Assembly (NCBI GenBank): GCA_009859145.1
Contig: VRVR01000020.1
Location: forward strand, 115,035 to 179,034
Reading direction: 5' to 3'
Length of the DNA stretch: 64,000 bases
DNA from: Andalucia godoyi And28
Lineage: Eukaryota; Protista; Jakobida
Shown: positions 19,061 through 30,387 of the stretch, piece after piece
Layout: every line of letters starts with the position of its first letter
Numbering within the stretch: the first letter of the stretch is position 1
Notes under the pieces: generated by a model
The model's database searches: none
Told to the model about the DNA's origin: nothing
The model's input: the letters and a program-made list of their open reading frames with translations, nothing else
Translations under genes and position numbers: made by a program

Positions 19061-21580
19061 TCTCCGTACTCTGCAACAAATCCCTGAAACACAGCAACAC
19101 CAGGAAAAGAAAGAAAAGTCTAAAAACATTCGGTGCTTCGGGAATGGTTAACGATCAATGCCTACAGCAGGTGTAAAAAAAAATACATGCTGGATCGAGC
19201 TGTTTCAGAATTGGCGAGGCTACAGCAGAAAATCACACTTGGACCAATTCCGGAGAAGTGGGAAAACGCATCCTGATTTGCAAAAGGCTCAGCACCACCC
19301 ATCAGGGGCAGTTATAAGTTCGAGAGCACATGCAGTTTTCCAGTGTACCAGAGTTCAGGGTATGGGCGGATTCCAAAGACGCTGAACAGGCTTGCTAACG
19401 TGAACCTCTGCGTCCGGAGATGTCGCAGGAGCCGTACTCCTTTCAGCCGGACAAAATGAGAAAAACCAGGAGGGAGTGTCGTTGAATTCAACACAGCGTT
19501 TGGTGGAATTCAGCATCACCAAATGCATCCGTGCACGAAAAAACGGAATCCAGACTGAGACAAGTGCCAGTCGTGGATAACAAAGACTCGCAACATGTTT
19601 AACTGCTTGGAAAAAAGAGTGCAGGACACAGGCAGTGTGTCGCAGGACGCTTCCAGCAGGAACCATAACAACACACAGAAGCTGCTTTCGATCGAAAAAT
19701 CGGGTAGAAGACTGGAAGCCAAAAAACGAAAAAGATCAGAGAAAACGCCTGCTAAAACACTAATATCTGCATGGAAGAGGACAATCAGTGCACAGGCTAG
19801 CGGGGACTCGGAGAGGGACGCAGAGGTGTGGGAAGGTGGTAGTTATTCGTGACCGAAATCGCAAGAAAAACACTTACGGAATAACTGCAAAAGTTCAAGA
19901 ACAATGATAAGCAAAAACGGCTCGTCCTTGGGGCATCATCAGCCGCTAATTATTGACAACCGCAACAAAACAATAAAAAAGGCAGAATACACAGACAACA
20001 GTCAAGAAGTGCAGAAAACGAGAGCACTTCTCGCTCAAACACTGCGTGGACTGTCACTAAAAGTGTTTCACGAGGTTTGAAGCTGCGGAGCACAAGAAAG
20101 CAGTAAGAAAACCGATTGCATAACAAGGTTCTTGTAGCGGAATAAGAAACCGACGATAACCATACGAGGAACACAATACTGTTTTAGTCGAGTGGAAAAA
20201 CAGTACAATGAAAATGTAAAATAATCAGTAAAGAGCTTTGGAACCTGGGCATGCATGACGGCACAACCGCGGTGATCAAATGAGACACGAGCAAAATGCA
20301 TAGAAGAAGCTCGTGAACTTCATCGATGATGTGCCGATCTTTTCGATTAGCACAGAGACCACAGTCGCAATGCGCATACCGGCATGGAAACTTCCCCGGA
20401 ATGAGATTCTTTGGTTTTCTGTCAGCTTACTGCAGGTTTCACTGGATCGGTTTCAACAGCTCCAGTAAACTCTTCGTTCTTCTGCTAATCAAGGATCATC
20501 ATGCAGTATCCGTTGCGTGATCTCCGCGATATCATCCTCGACTGTCGGCTCACCGCGCATTTGCATACTTTACGTTTTTTGAGATCTCCGGTTGACTGCT
20601 GGTGGTGATGCATCGCCTTTGTGGATGGTTCAGTGAACTGAATTCTCGAGATTTCGTTTTCGCCCTCCTTTCGTATGTCCGTCTCGCACCCCGCAACACT
20701 CACTCCTGCCCTTACGTATTTCTCGACTTGAGTTTCTCATTTTCCACATCACCGATCCCATCGATCCACGTTCAGGACGACCGAGTCCGCATACAAAATC
20801 CACGGTTTTTAAATGTTCGCCTTCATGCGTTCGCGATTCGACTCTCAGAAATACTTTCCTTTCGACATCATGCCGCTTCGTCTCTGCTAGCTGTGCGACG
20901 ACTGCGCCTGCGTGTGTTTGTTCTTTCCTTTCCCTTGACCCGAGCTGTTTTTGAGCTGCATCTATCTGCAAGCTTCTGGACGGTATCTTTTAATCTGCGG
21001 TCGTTTGCTTTTTTTCCGGGAACCAGCCACGCCGTTTCTGTGTTCGCAAACGTCGATCATCAGCTTTTACTAGCCTTTGTTTGGGATCTGCATTCCCCTT
21101 GTTCACAATAACTCTCTGTGCGGCTAGTTGATTTTCTCGACTTTCCATAATATTCACTATTATCGGTTTGCATTATTGGATTATCGCGTTTTATCCGATC
21201 GGTCCGCTAGGCGGTTATGGTTCACAATTTTTTCACCAGGACGAGGAGATTGGTGTCCGCTTACTGATTATTTGGCTGTCCATGATCTTTTTTTTGATGG
21301 CGCTTCATTAGCGATGTTTGAAGCGGTTTTCTCTCTGGTAGCGTTTTATCTGTGCCCCTCAGACTCCTTCTGGATCTCGTCGATGCCGAAAGAGTGGGAC
21401 TCTTCTTCGGGGTTTTCGACTATCGCTGGTGGTTGGCACGTTTTGTTGTTGTAAGCACAACTATTTGCATACCGATGGGATACCGAATTTATCCATTTCC
21501 ACCCACCATCTCTTTTCTTCTTCTTTCTCACTCTCCCTTCATTCTCCCTCTTTTCACTGACGATGGATCAGGATTAACCC

Positions 21581-22570
21581 TCAAAGATTTTTACTCGGCG
21601 GTCCGCTTACGAATTGCAGAGCATCGGGCCGTATGGAATAATGAGGAAAATCTTCTTTTGAAAATGACGCTTGCATCGCAGGGAACGAAGAAAAGAAGTC
21701 CTTCTGCATGACATTTAGGATAGTGGTACCTGCGACTTGACAAACCTGCGAAACTGTTTCGATGGGAATTGCACGGTCTGTTGGATCGGCACTTAGCTGC
21801 AGCGCGAAATACACTCCCGTGGCCGCCCAAGTGGAGGGCTTTCGTGAAGATAGCGCTGTTCGCTCCACGTATTCTGCAAAATACCGAGCGGGACGAGTGG
21901 AATAAGGTCTTCCTAATCGAGCACAAAGCCGAGCAATCAGAGGACCTGGAGACGAGGCAGAAGCGCCATTTCTTGCGCCAAACTGATGCATTTCCTTGAA
22001 GAGATGCTTCAAAACGTCCTCAGGAACACCGGATACTCCTGCAATTTCAGGGAAAGTCCGTCGAGCTCCGTTGTTCTTGCAGGCAATGTACAGAGCAACA
22101 GCAGCGTATGCCTTAAATTTGTCCTCCCTTCGATCCTTCTTTGTGACTTCAGGATTCGCTTTTGCAAAATGGTTGAAGACCGTAGTCGCAGCATCTAAAA
22201 TTGGTCGCGGAAGCCTTTCTGTAAGGCCGATGGCATCAATTTGCTGAAAAACAGATGCTTGAAATTGGTCAAAGGCTGACGACATGACGCTTCTGTGAAT
22301 CTTCGCGAGTCCTGCGCCAAAACCTTCCTTTCCACCAACAATCTGCGTGACATAACCACCGTTATCCAAAAGCTTGTCTCTATGGCCGATTGAGCTCACA
22401 CGGATCTTCTCTTGCGATTTCGCGTCGTTTTCGAAAGATCGGTATTCAGCGTCTTCTGAAACAATTCGTTCCTGCAGAACCGCGCCGCAGTTCCGACAAA
22501 TCAAGTCTCCTTGTTTAAAATCCTCAACAACATCCATGCCGTTGCACACAAGACATCGTGCGTCCATCAT
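21581..22570 (-). CDS. TFIIB: Transcription initiation factor TFIIB
   Basis: Zinc ribbon CLVC...EDFKQGDLICRNCG, B-reader IVSEDAEYRSF and two cyclin-fold repeats (AAVALYIACK; AATGVYFA). Confidence 0.92.
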   Translation of the reverse strand: MMDARCLVCNGMDVVEDFKQGDLICRNCGAVLQERIVSEDAEYRSFENDAKSQEKIRVSSIGHRDKLLDNGGYVTQIVGGKEGFGAGLAKIHRSVMSSAFDQFQASVFQQIDAIGLTERLPRPILDAATTVFNHFAKANPEVTKKDRREDKFKAYAAVALYIACKNNGARRTFPEIAGVSGVPEDVLKHLFKEMHQFGARNGASASSPGPLIARLCARLGRPYSTRPARYFAEYVERTALSSRKPSTWAATGVYFALQLSADPTDRAIPIETVSQVCQVAGTTILNVMQKDFFSSFPAMQASFSKEDFPHYSIRPDALQFVSGPPSKNL

Positions 22571-23005
22571 TTTAGATGGTAAGCAAAAACAATGGACAAT
22601 TCCAAGGAGGCAAGAAGACTCGCAAAGAAGTGGAGAGAAAGAACACCAAAAAGAACCAAGCTATCTTTTATCAAGGGGGCTTTGTCCCAGGTTTCGTTTG
22701 CGTGAGCCCGTGAGTCGCTTGACGTCACTTGAGCCCATCCTCTTTCTGCCATTTCTGTTTCTTGTTGTGGCATCAAGCCATCAACTCGTCTGCGAATCAC
22801 TGATTTTCGTGCACAGTTGCTGTCAACTTCGTGTTCGACGAAAATGCTGTTGTTTCCTGCTTTTTTCCGTCTCATTCATCCAGCCGATGCTGCGTTGGGC
22901 ATTCACATTCTGCAAATCTGGCAAAAAGCTTACTGTTGCCCCCTCTTTTTAACTAACGGTTTGAAGTTTTGAAGGATCCTGCAAAGCTTGATTTGCATCA
23001 GTTCA

Positions 23006-23893
23006 ATGTCAGTTCGGGTCACGTTGTTGAGGAATACCGAAAATCCATCGGGCGGGAAGCTCGTCCTGGTTCCAGAAACGTTTGAAGAATTGCTAGCTCT
23101 TGCTTCTTCAAAACTCGGGATTTCTGCAAAGAAAATCTTTTGTCTGAATGGTGCGGAAGTGGAGGATACCGCGGTGATTCGCAATGATGATACGCTGTTC
23201 GTTTCTGAAGGAGAGCCGTTTTGCGGACCGTCGAAGACATCCTCTGCAAAGCCTCGCGCCTCGTCAGCTGCATCATCACCATCGTCTCCATCGTCACAGC
23301 TTGTCAAAACGTATAGAATTTCTGTCCTTGGATCGGGTGCAGTTGGAAAATCGAATATCACTCTTCGTTTTGTGAAGTCTATATTCATCAAAGAGTACGA
23401 TCCCACCATTGAGGATGCGTACAACCGACCGGTGGAAGTGGATGGGTCGATTTCGCAGTTGCAGATTCTTGATACTGCGGGGCAAGACGAATTTTATGCA
23501 TTGTTTCCAACATGGGTGAAGAATAAGGACGGGTTCCTTCTCGTGTATTCTGTTGACAGGCTTGAGTCGTTTGACAAGGTCCAGGTTCTCTATGACATGC
23601 TGCTTCATTACGTACCGGACGATACGTCTCCTCCAATCGTTCTTTGTGCGAACAAAGCAGACCTGCCGGAGGAGGATCATAAAGTGTCCTATGATGAAGG
23701 GTACCGATTGGCATCGAAGTGGAATGTTCCCTTTTTCCAGACTTCTGCAAAAACTGGACAGAATGTCGAAGAAGCGTTTCATTCCATTCTTCGGCAAATG
23801 AGGAAGGTGGGTGTTGAAGATGCCAGCTCTGACGACAAGAAGAATGCCGAAAAATCCAAAAAGAAAAAGAAGAAATACTGCAATTTTCTGTAA
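23006..23893 (+). CDS. Ras-family small GTPase with N-terminal KHA-like (ubiquitin-fold) domain and CAAX box
   Basis: G1 GSGAVGKS, effector YDPTIED, G3 DTAGQ, G4 NKAD, G5 SAK and polybasic CNFL tail. The N-terminus GKLVLVPETFEELLALASSKLG...GAEVEDTAVIRNDDTL is KHA-like. Confidence 0.88.
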   Translation: MSVRVTLLRNTENPSGGKLVLVPETFEELLALASSKLGISAKKIFCLNGAEVEDTAVIRNDDTLFVSEGEPFCGPSKTSSAKPRASSAASSPSSPSSQLVKTYRISVLGSGAVGKSNITLRFVKSIFIKEYDPTIEDAYNRPVEVDGSISQLQILDTAGQDEFYALFPTWVKNKDGFLLVYSVDRLESFDKVQVLYDMLLHYVPDDTSPPIVLCANKADLPEEDHKVSYDEGYRLASKWNVPFFQTSAKTGQNVEEAFHSILRQMRKVGVEDASSDDKKNAEKSKKKKKKYCNFL

Positions 23894-23946
23894 ATATTAA
23901 AGCAAGATTACTTTATGTCATTTCCGATTTGCTGTCACCATTATCA

Positions 23947-25260
23947 TCAGACTGACCGTGGCCCATAGAAACAGACATACGCCGTATGCCAGTCTCCTCC
24001 GCCTGACAGCTTCTTGATATCGCTGGCAGGGACAACCGAGACCTTGTCATCGTCGAAGAGCAGCCACCGATTATTCTCGACATCTTTGACCCAAGCCACA
24101 TAATGACCAGAATCTGCAGTTCGACCCTTGTGTGTCAACACTGCTCGAAGCTCGTACTTGCCGTCCTTGGATGGTGAAGAAGCAATTCCTTCACCCTGCA
24201 TTACCTGAGATTCAGTTGTGATGCGCCGGTGGGACGACAACTCTGATTGCAGGGCAGGAGAACAAAGGTTGTAAACATCCAAAACATCTGGAAACTCAAC
24301 CACTCGTAGAATCTTTGCTTTCCCATTAATGTCGCGTCTCCAAAAGAAACGAACAAATTGGATAACGAGAAACGGAGGAAGCCGAGAAATCTTGGAACTC
24401 TTGAGGAATGTCGCATCTCGATTTAGAGTTGAAGAACGTTTTTCGATTTCCTCCGTCATGCTCGATTTCAGGCCGCTCAAAACATCGTTCACTTGATTAG
24501 TGATATGGCATTGCAACTTGTGAAATGGCTCAGTACTACAAGTTACCTCGTCAGGATTCTCGACGCATTTGACTTCAACATCCAGTTCTCCTCCAAAAGA
24601 ATCTGTTACAGAGGAAGAAAGGTCCTGAGAAAGAGTGTGCATCAGCTGCGTCAGAGCCTCTTCCGCATCCTGTTGCGCATACACGAGCGAATTTGCCTGC
24701 GAGCGCTGAGAAAACTGTGGAAACGCTCTCTGGAAAGCAGAAAGGAAAGCAAGCGGCATCAGAGATTCCTCCTTTGTGCTATCCATGTCTGAAAACAAAC
24801 CCGACAGTTGCTTGGTGACGTCGGATGCACTCGGGTTCTGCTTCCTTGCATTGATCACAGCAGACCGCAGATCTGTTACAGCACGCAAACATTGGAGAGA
24901 CGCATTAAGGTAGCAAGTGTTTCCAAGGTTCTTCAGGCCTGCGGGAAAACTGTTAGGCACAACGACAGCGTCCTCAGCATCGATTTCCTCTTCGGCAGCA
25001 GAAACAGCCGGCTCAGCAAGAACGGCAGCAGCAGGCTCTGCAGTTCCTATCAGAAGAAGTTTTTGACCATCCGTAAACCCGAGAGCTGCCAAATTCGAAT
25101 CGTCCTTCAGAAAGCCACCCTTGACTCCGGATACCTTTTGCCGATCCGGCGGGACGCCGGTCAGCGAATACAGCTGACTCTTGAACACCGGAACACCAAG
25201 AGAGGGATCCAGCTCAACATCAAAAGTCTCCTTTTGCCACTTAACAATGACATGCACCAT
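23947..25260 (-). CDS. USP14: Proteasome-associated deubiquitinase USP14/Ubp6
   Basis: N-terminal UBL (VIVKWQKE...LYSLTGVPPDRQKV), Cys box GNTCYLN, QQDAEE and His box HKGRTADSGHY. Confidence 0.95.
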   Translation of the reverse strand: MVHVIVKWQKETFDVELDPSLGVPVFKSQLYSLTGVPPDRQKVSGVKGGFLKDDSNLAALGFTDGQKLLLIGTAEPAAAVLAEPAVSAAEEEIDAEDAVVVPNSFPAGLKNLGNTCYLNASLQCLRAVTDLRSAVINARKQNPSASDVTKQLSGLFSDMDSTKEESLMPLAFLSAFQRAFPQFSQRSQANSLVYAQQDAEEALTQLMHTLSQDLSSSVTDSFGGELDVEVKCVENPDEVTCSTEPFHKLQCHITNQVNDVLSGLKSSMTEEIEKRSSTLNRDATFLKSSKISRLPPFLVIQFVRFFWRRDINGKAKILRVVEFPDVLDVYNLCSPALQSELSSHRRITTESQVMQGEGIASSPSKDGKYELRAVLTHKGRTADSGHYVAWVKDVENNRWLLFDDDKVSVVPASDIKKLSGGGDWHTAYVCFYGPRSV

Positions 25261-25662
25261 TCTGACTCAAATGCGAAATTCAAACAAGACAGAAGAGACC
25301 TGGCGGAAGAAGTGGGTAGAAGAGGAGAAACGGAAGACAATCCTCTGCGCTGAACGCTGGAATCCACTTTCTTCCCAAAACAAAAAAATATATATAAATT
25401 CTGTATAATTGGGTTTTGCTTGCGTGACTCGAACATCGAACGTCGGAGCTCTTGAGGGTTGAGACTTGAGGCTGTTGTTGCAAGGAGCTTCTTCTTCGAG
25501 GTTCGCCCTTTTCCGTCCAGGAAGAAAGGGGAAAGGTTGAGCGAAAATTCGCATTGCACCTTTTGAATCTGTCCCAGAGCGCTGTTGTTTTCTTTTCTCT
25601 TTTCTGGGCGATTTCGTAGAAGGGTTTTTTTTGTTGGTATAACGCACATATCTCCTACAAAC

Positions 25663-26652
25663 ATGAGTGACGACATCAAGACGAAAGCTCGCAATCAAGT
25701 TGAGTTTTACTTTTCGGACTCGAACTTTCTTTCTGACAAGTTCTTGCGCACACAAGCAGCCTCTAACCCCGACGGGTTTGTACCACTGTCTGTGATTGCG
25801 TCCTTCAAGCGCATGGCCGAACTTACCTCTGACCTTGCAATGATCCGCGAGTCGCTTACAGGATCGGAGATCGTCGAGCTGTCGGAGGATGCACAGAATG
25901 TCAGACGCAAGATCCCGCTTCCTGAAAACGACCCCACGATTCCTCGCAGCATTTATGCAAAGCCGTTTGCCGCTGATGCCACCATGGATGATATCAAGAA
26001 GTTCTTTTCCGAATTCGGCAAAGTCCTTTCTGTTCGAATGCGTCGCTACCCGCAATCCAACGGAGGTGGTTTCAAGGGTTCTGTCTATGTCGAGTTTTCG
26101 ACCGAGGACGAGGCGAAGTCAGTAATTGAAAAGAAGAGCGAATTGAAGATCAACGATCAGGATGCCGTCATCATGTGGAAGTCCGAGCACATTGACGAAG
26201 AACGAGCAAAGGCACACAAGTCATTGAAGAAGGAGAAGAAGGAGGCCGAGAAGAAGGAAGAAGAGGAGAACAATGCGAAGGCTTTCACTCCGAAAACAAT
26301 CATCCGTTTCCCCACTATCTCTGCAGAGGTTGCAGCGAACCTGACGCGTGAGATCTTCAAGAAAGTGTGCATGGACACGTTCCCGGAGAACCCGGTGAAG
26401 TTCATTGATTATCGCACTGGGGATCTGTCTTGTGCTATCCGCTTTGAAAATCCGTTTGATCTCGAACAAGGATCTTTGTCATTTGATTTCGGTAACCTCG
26501 ATTATGTTCGGCTTGGAGATGAGGAGGTTTCTACGTATGGCAAGCAAGTTGCAGAGTCAAGAAGAGCGCAGTTCGGGAAGAGACGTGGAAGCCATGGCGG
26601 CCGTGGTGGTGGACGTGGAGGCCGAGGTGCCAAGAGGTTCAAAAGAGAGTAA
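25663..26652 (+). CDS. SSB: La protein (La motif, RRM1, RRM2-like region, RGG tail)
   Basis: QVEFYFSDSNFLSDKFL (La motif), RSIYAKPF and FKGSVYVEF (RNP motifs). ATG is at 25663. Confidence 0.92.
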   Translation: MSDDIKTKARNQVEFYFSDSNFLSDKFLRTQAASNPDGFVPLSVIASFKRMAELTSDLAMIRESLTGSEIVELSEDAQNVRRKIPLPENDPTIPRSIYAKPFAADATMDDIKKFFSEFGKVLSVRMRRYPQSNGGGFKGSVYVEFSTEDEAKSVIEKKSELKINDQDAVIMWKSEHIDEERAKAHKSLKKEKKEAEKKEEEENNAKAFTPKTIIRFPTISAEVAANLTREIFKKVCMDTFPENPVKFIDYRTGDLSCAIRFENPFDLEQGSLSFDFGNLDYVRLGDEEVSTYGKQVAESRRAQFGKRRGSHGGRGGGRGGRGAKRFKRE

Positions 26653-26693
26653 GACCGCTTCCATAAAACTGAATTCAGAGAATCTGAGATTTC

Positions 26694-26773
26694 TTCCGTT
26701 TCCGTTCTTCCGTTCTTCCGTTCTTCCGTTCTTCCGTTCTTCCGTTCTTCCGTTCTTCCGTTCTTCCGTTCTT
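26694..26773. repeat. TTCCGTTC 8-mer tandem array (about 9 copies) just 3' of La
   Basis: Read directly. Confidence 0.95.
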
Positions 26774-27218
26774 CTGTTTTTCTATTTTTCTGTTAAATAT
26801 TAATTTCCTTTTCTCAATGCTATCTCCCTCACCGGTTTCCTTCCTCTGCTTCTGGGCCCTCAGCAGGTGCTTCTTCTGACGATGCAGTCTTTTGAGCCTG
26901 CCAAAAAGAAGGCCATGCCCCGTAGATGATTGAAACAACTGCAGACCACATGACGGTGACTTCTGAAGACACCACTGTGGAGATATTATTTCTGCAGAGT
27001 CTGCCCTTATAAGGTTTAAAAATAAAAACAATAATAATAAAAAAATGGAGAGTTGGACTTACGAGTTTGAACTGTGCACTCGTAGCATTTCGTGAACGAT
27101 TCCCGGGTTTCTTTGCTTTTATTGGAATGGGTGCGCCCTAGGTGCTTCATAAGCAAAAAAGCCGTGAAAAACCGGCGAAAACACAAAAATTCGCCCGTGC
27201 ATTCCAAGAGTTTGCAGA

Positions 27219-28769
27219 TTATGAATGTTCCAGTGCCCAAGCTTCAACAGAAGCACAGAGCAACTCCCAGAATCGATCGACTGACGGGACGTTGACGCGT
27301 TCCTCCACAGTATGGGCACCCTCGATTTGAGGTCCGAATGAGACACAGTCCATTCCAGGATATGCACGCTGAATCCAGCCGCACTCGAGCCCGGCATGAA
27401 TAGCGTAGACATGCGGATCCACTCCAAGGACACGGGCATGAGTGTTCTTGACAATCTGCAAAGCCTTCGACTTCACATTGGGAGTCCAGCCAGGGAACGG
27501 GTTTTTGGACCCAGAATCGGAAGCGCCGACCAATCGTGCCAAAGAGGCAAACTTGTCTGTCATGAAAGCAAGCCCATTAGGAGCAGAAGAACGAGAAAAG
27601 AACTTTGCCACAAAGACATTGCGTTTGTCTTTCTGATCCGAATTAAATCGAGCAATTGAAAACGAAGTTGACGTCTCAACAAGCCCCGGGACATCATTTG
27701 ACATCTTCACAACTCCATGGGGGGCGATAGCAATAAAATCTGTAATCTTCTTGACGGATTCCAGAGCAATCACGTCTCCTTCAAAAGGCTCCTGCACCTG
27801 ACGAATGTCCATTGTCATACCAGGATCCGTCAATGCGAATTCTCCCTTCAAAGAGTCAAACGCAGAACGGAAAACATTCGATAGAGTGTCAGCATCCGCA
27901 GGGCGAATGACCAACAGAAGGTCGACAGTAGACGGAATGGCATTCATGGCATTTCCAGCCTTCCATCGTCCGATCTGGAACGACATTCCGGAAGAAAGGG
28001 AAGCTTCTAAAACACGACCGATCACCTGGATGGCATTGCCAAACTGTTTGTTGATGTCAATTCCGGTGTGTCCTCCATGAAAACCGAAAAGTTTAACCTC
28101 CAGAAATGCGCTTCCAGGGCTTACTTGCTGCAGGGAAACAGGAATTTCAAATACGTTGTAGGAGCCGCCAGCACATCCAAAACAAAGCGCATTCTCTTCT
28201 TCAGAATCAAGGTTGAACATTGCCTGGGAAGTCAAGTATGGGGCAGAGGCGAGGCCAGCAGCACCACTCATGTCTGTCTCTTCGTTCGCTGTCACGAGAA
28301 TCTCCAAGGCTCCGTGCGGGAACGATGCATGTTCTTCAAAGAACGCAAGTGCTGCAGCAACGCCAAGCCCGTTATCGGCTCCAAGCGTGGTTCCCGTTGC
28401 ATACATCCAATCGCCGACAACACGTGGCTTAATGTGATCAGTTGCCCAGTTGTGTTCTACATCTGGACGGTTCGTTGAAACCATGTCCGAATGTCCTTGC
28501 ATGACAACACCAGGGACGTTTTCGAATCCGGGAGAGGCTGGAAGACGGAATCGAACATTGTTTGCCGAATCAACCTCTACATCAACATTTAAAAGCTGTG
28601 CGGCTTTCACAAGCGTAGGAATGATCGGCTCAGGCTGATGTGACGGACGGGGAGTTTCGGTAAGCAGCAGAAACCACTTCCATACATTCCGAGATTTGGC
28701 AGGAAGGGACTCCAGGAGTGCAAGAGACTCCGGAAGGCGTAAAATTGCTGATGCAGACACGGAGCTCAT
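27219..28769 (-). CDS. pepD: M20C aminoacyl-histidine dipeptidase (bacterial PepD-like)
   Basis: Metal ligand motifs QGHSDMV, GTTLGADNGLG, TANEETDMSGA, FNLDSEE, GGHTG, HAGLECG and GAHTVEER. Confidence 0.92.
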   Translation of the reverse strand: MSSVSASAILRLPESLALLESLPAKSRNVWKWFLLLTETPRPSHQPEPIIPTLVKAAQLLNVDVEVDSANNVRFRLPASPGFENVPGVVMQGHSDMVSTNRPDVEHNWATDHIKPRVVGDWMYATGTTLGADNGLGVAAALAFFEEHASFPHGALEILVTANEETDMSGAAGLASAPYLTSQAMFNLDSEEENALCFGCAGGSYNVFEIPVSLQQVSPGSAFLEVKLFGFHGGHTGIDINKQFGNAIQVIGRVLEASLSSGMSFQIGRWKAGNAMNAIPSTVDLLLVIRPADADTLSNVFRSAFDSLKGEFALTDPGMTMDIRQVQEPFEGDVIALESVKKITDFIAIAPHGVVKMSNDVPGLVETSTSFSIARFNSDQKDKRNVFVAKFFSRSSAPNGLAFMTDKFASLARLVGASDSGSKNPFPGWTPNVKSKALQIVKNTHARVLGVDPHVYAIHAGLECGWIQRAYPGMDCVSFGPQIEGAHTVEERVNVPSVDRFWELLCASVEAWALEHS

Positions 28770-29183
28770 TGTCGGACCCTGGTGCGCTCGTGCTCTCGAG
28801 GAAATTAGGGAAGCAGGGAAAGCAGAAGGCGAAAATCCAAGGGAATTGCAGCACCACTCCCTCCCTTACAGGTCCCAAGCTCGCAAGTCGCATCGGATTT
28901 TTCAGCCGACTACAACGCGACGATCCCGTGTCTCTCTCTCTCTCTCTCTCTCTCTCCCCCCACAGGGTCCATCGGATCTCACCCGAAAAAAATGTTCGTC
29001 ATCGTAAACGGTTTTTGGTGTTGTTGTTGTTGTGTAGATAGCGGGAAAGCAATACTGACCGTTCATAATGTTTTACCCAGAAAATTACTATTATCAATAA
29101 TGTCCTGGAGTGCCTCTGACATGCACACGAGCGGCAAGCGACCCCCACAGAAACTTCTTCGTCCAGCAAAAATGACGGCAATT

Positions 29184-30119
29184 TCACTTGCGCAAAATCG
29201 TACGCGCGCCAAGCAAAAGCATTGTTCCACCAAATATCGCTTTTTGCTCATAGTCGGAGAGTCGATTGACAGCAAACTTGGAACCCACAGCAGAGCCGAC
29301 AACCGTTCCTGCAAAAATTCCCGGAAGCATGCCAAGTGCGACATTGCCCCTTCTGAAATGCACAACAGATCCAATGAGAGCTGTCGGAAGCATCGCCGCA
29401 AGAGAGGATCCAACTGCTTGTTTTTGCGAAGCTCGTTCATGTACCGATAGCACCGCCGTCATCATGAGTCCTCCACCAACTCCAATTGCGCCACTTAAGA
29501 ATCCAGCGACCGCACCAGCAGCCGCAGCATACCACACCGGCCAGACAGCACCGTCTCCAAGACCACCAACAAAATTACGAACGAAAGAAGACGTGAAATC
29601 CAAACTGAAGTCTTCCCTCAACAGTGATGTCAAGTCTGCATACGTCGGTCGATCAGCAACTGCTGCATCAGCGATAGCGCTCTCTGCAATCATCGAAGGT
29701 CTCACAATCTGAATGATTTCCGGCAGATAAATTACCAACGGAGTCGAAAGAATAAACAGCCCGGTAAAAAGAGACTGTTTAGGACCCTTCAGATGCTTCC
29801 CGACCATGAGACCCAAACCAGATGTCAATATGCTAGTGGACGCCAACACCGCCGTAGCAGGAACGTCAAACGTGTATTTTGCATCAGAACTCTTTGACAT
29901 TTCCGTGAAGTATGCATAAGCCCCACCAGCACAAGTGGCAGTGACAGCTGCAACAGATGTCCCGACTGCAATAGGGAGAGACATGTTGCCCAACCATTTC
30001 ATAGTCATCAACGATTGACCAACAATAGCGCCTCCGACGCCTGTTAGCGACGAAAAGACGCCCATTCCAACACCTGTCGGAAGGCCCATGAGAAGCCTTT
30101 TCAAAAACTCTGCACTCAT
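29184..30119 (-). CDS. TauE/SafE (sulfite exporter family) membrane protein
   Basis: Two repeats GVFSSLTGVGGAIV and GFLSGAIGVGGGLMM, plus AVGTS/AVGSSL motifs. Confidence 0.85.
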   Translation of the reverse strand: MSAEFLKRLLMGLPTGVGMGVFSSLTGVGGAIVGQSLMTMKWLGNMSLPIAVGTSVAAVTATCAGGAYAYFTEMSKSSDAKYTFDVPATAVLASTSILTSGLGLMVGKHLKGPKQSLFTGLFILSTPLVIYLPEIIQIVRPSMIAESAIADAAVADRPTYADLTSLLREDFSLDFTSSFVRNFVGGLGDGAVWPVWYAAAAGAVAGFLSGAIGVGGGLMMTAVLSVHERASQKQAVGSSLAAMLPTALIGSVVHFRRGNVALGMLPGIFAGTVVGSAVGSKFAVNRLSDYEQKAIFGGTMLLLGARTILRK

Positions 30120-30387
30120 CTCAGGGAGGTTACCGTCGACTATCTATACTTATTCATGATGTCGCAGGTTGTCGTTGAAAGGACGACATTTTTGGGAAAT
30201 GAAGGAGATCTCACCGTTGATTTCTTTTTCGAAAAGCTGCGATCGTAGAAACTGCTTTGTCTGTCAAAAAACGTTGAACATCAAACAACATCATACCGGA
30301 CGTTTTGCTTATCTAACCCTGTTGGGACGCGATGCAGTTACCGTAGTCAAGTCAAGAATTTCTTTTCATTTTTCCCCTTTTTTAAAT

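Noticed and set aside
26930-26970. ATGATTG ... CTGA, possible C/D snoRNA
   Set aside because: Imperfect C box, too short, and no stem or guide.
27016-27075. GTAAGT ... ATAAG intron-like sequence on the minus strand downstream of pepD
   Set aside because: No spliced reading frame gives a convincing protein.
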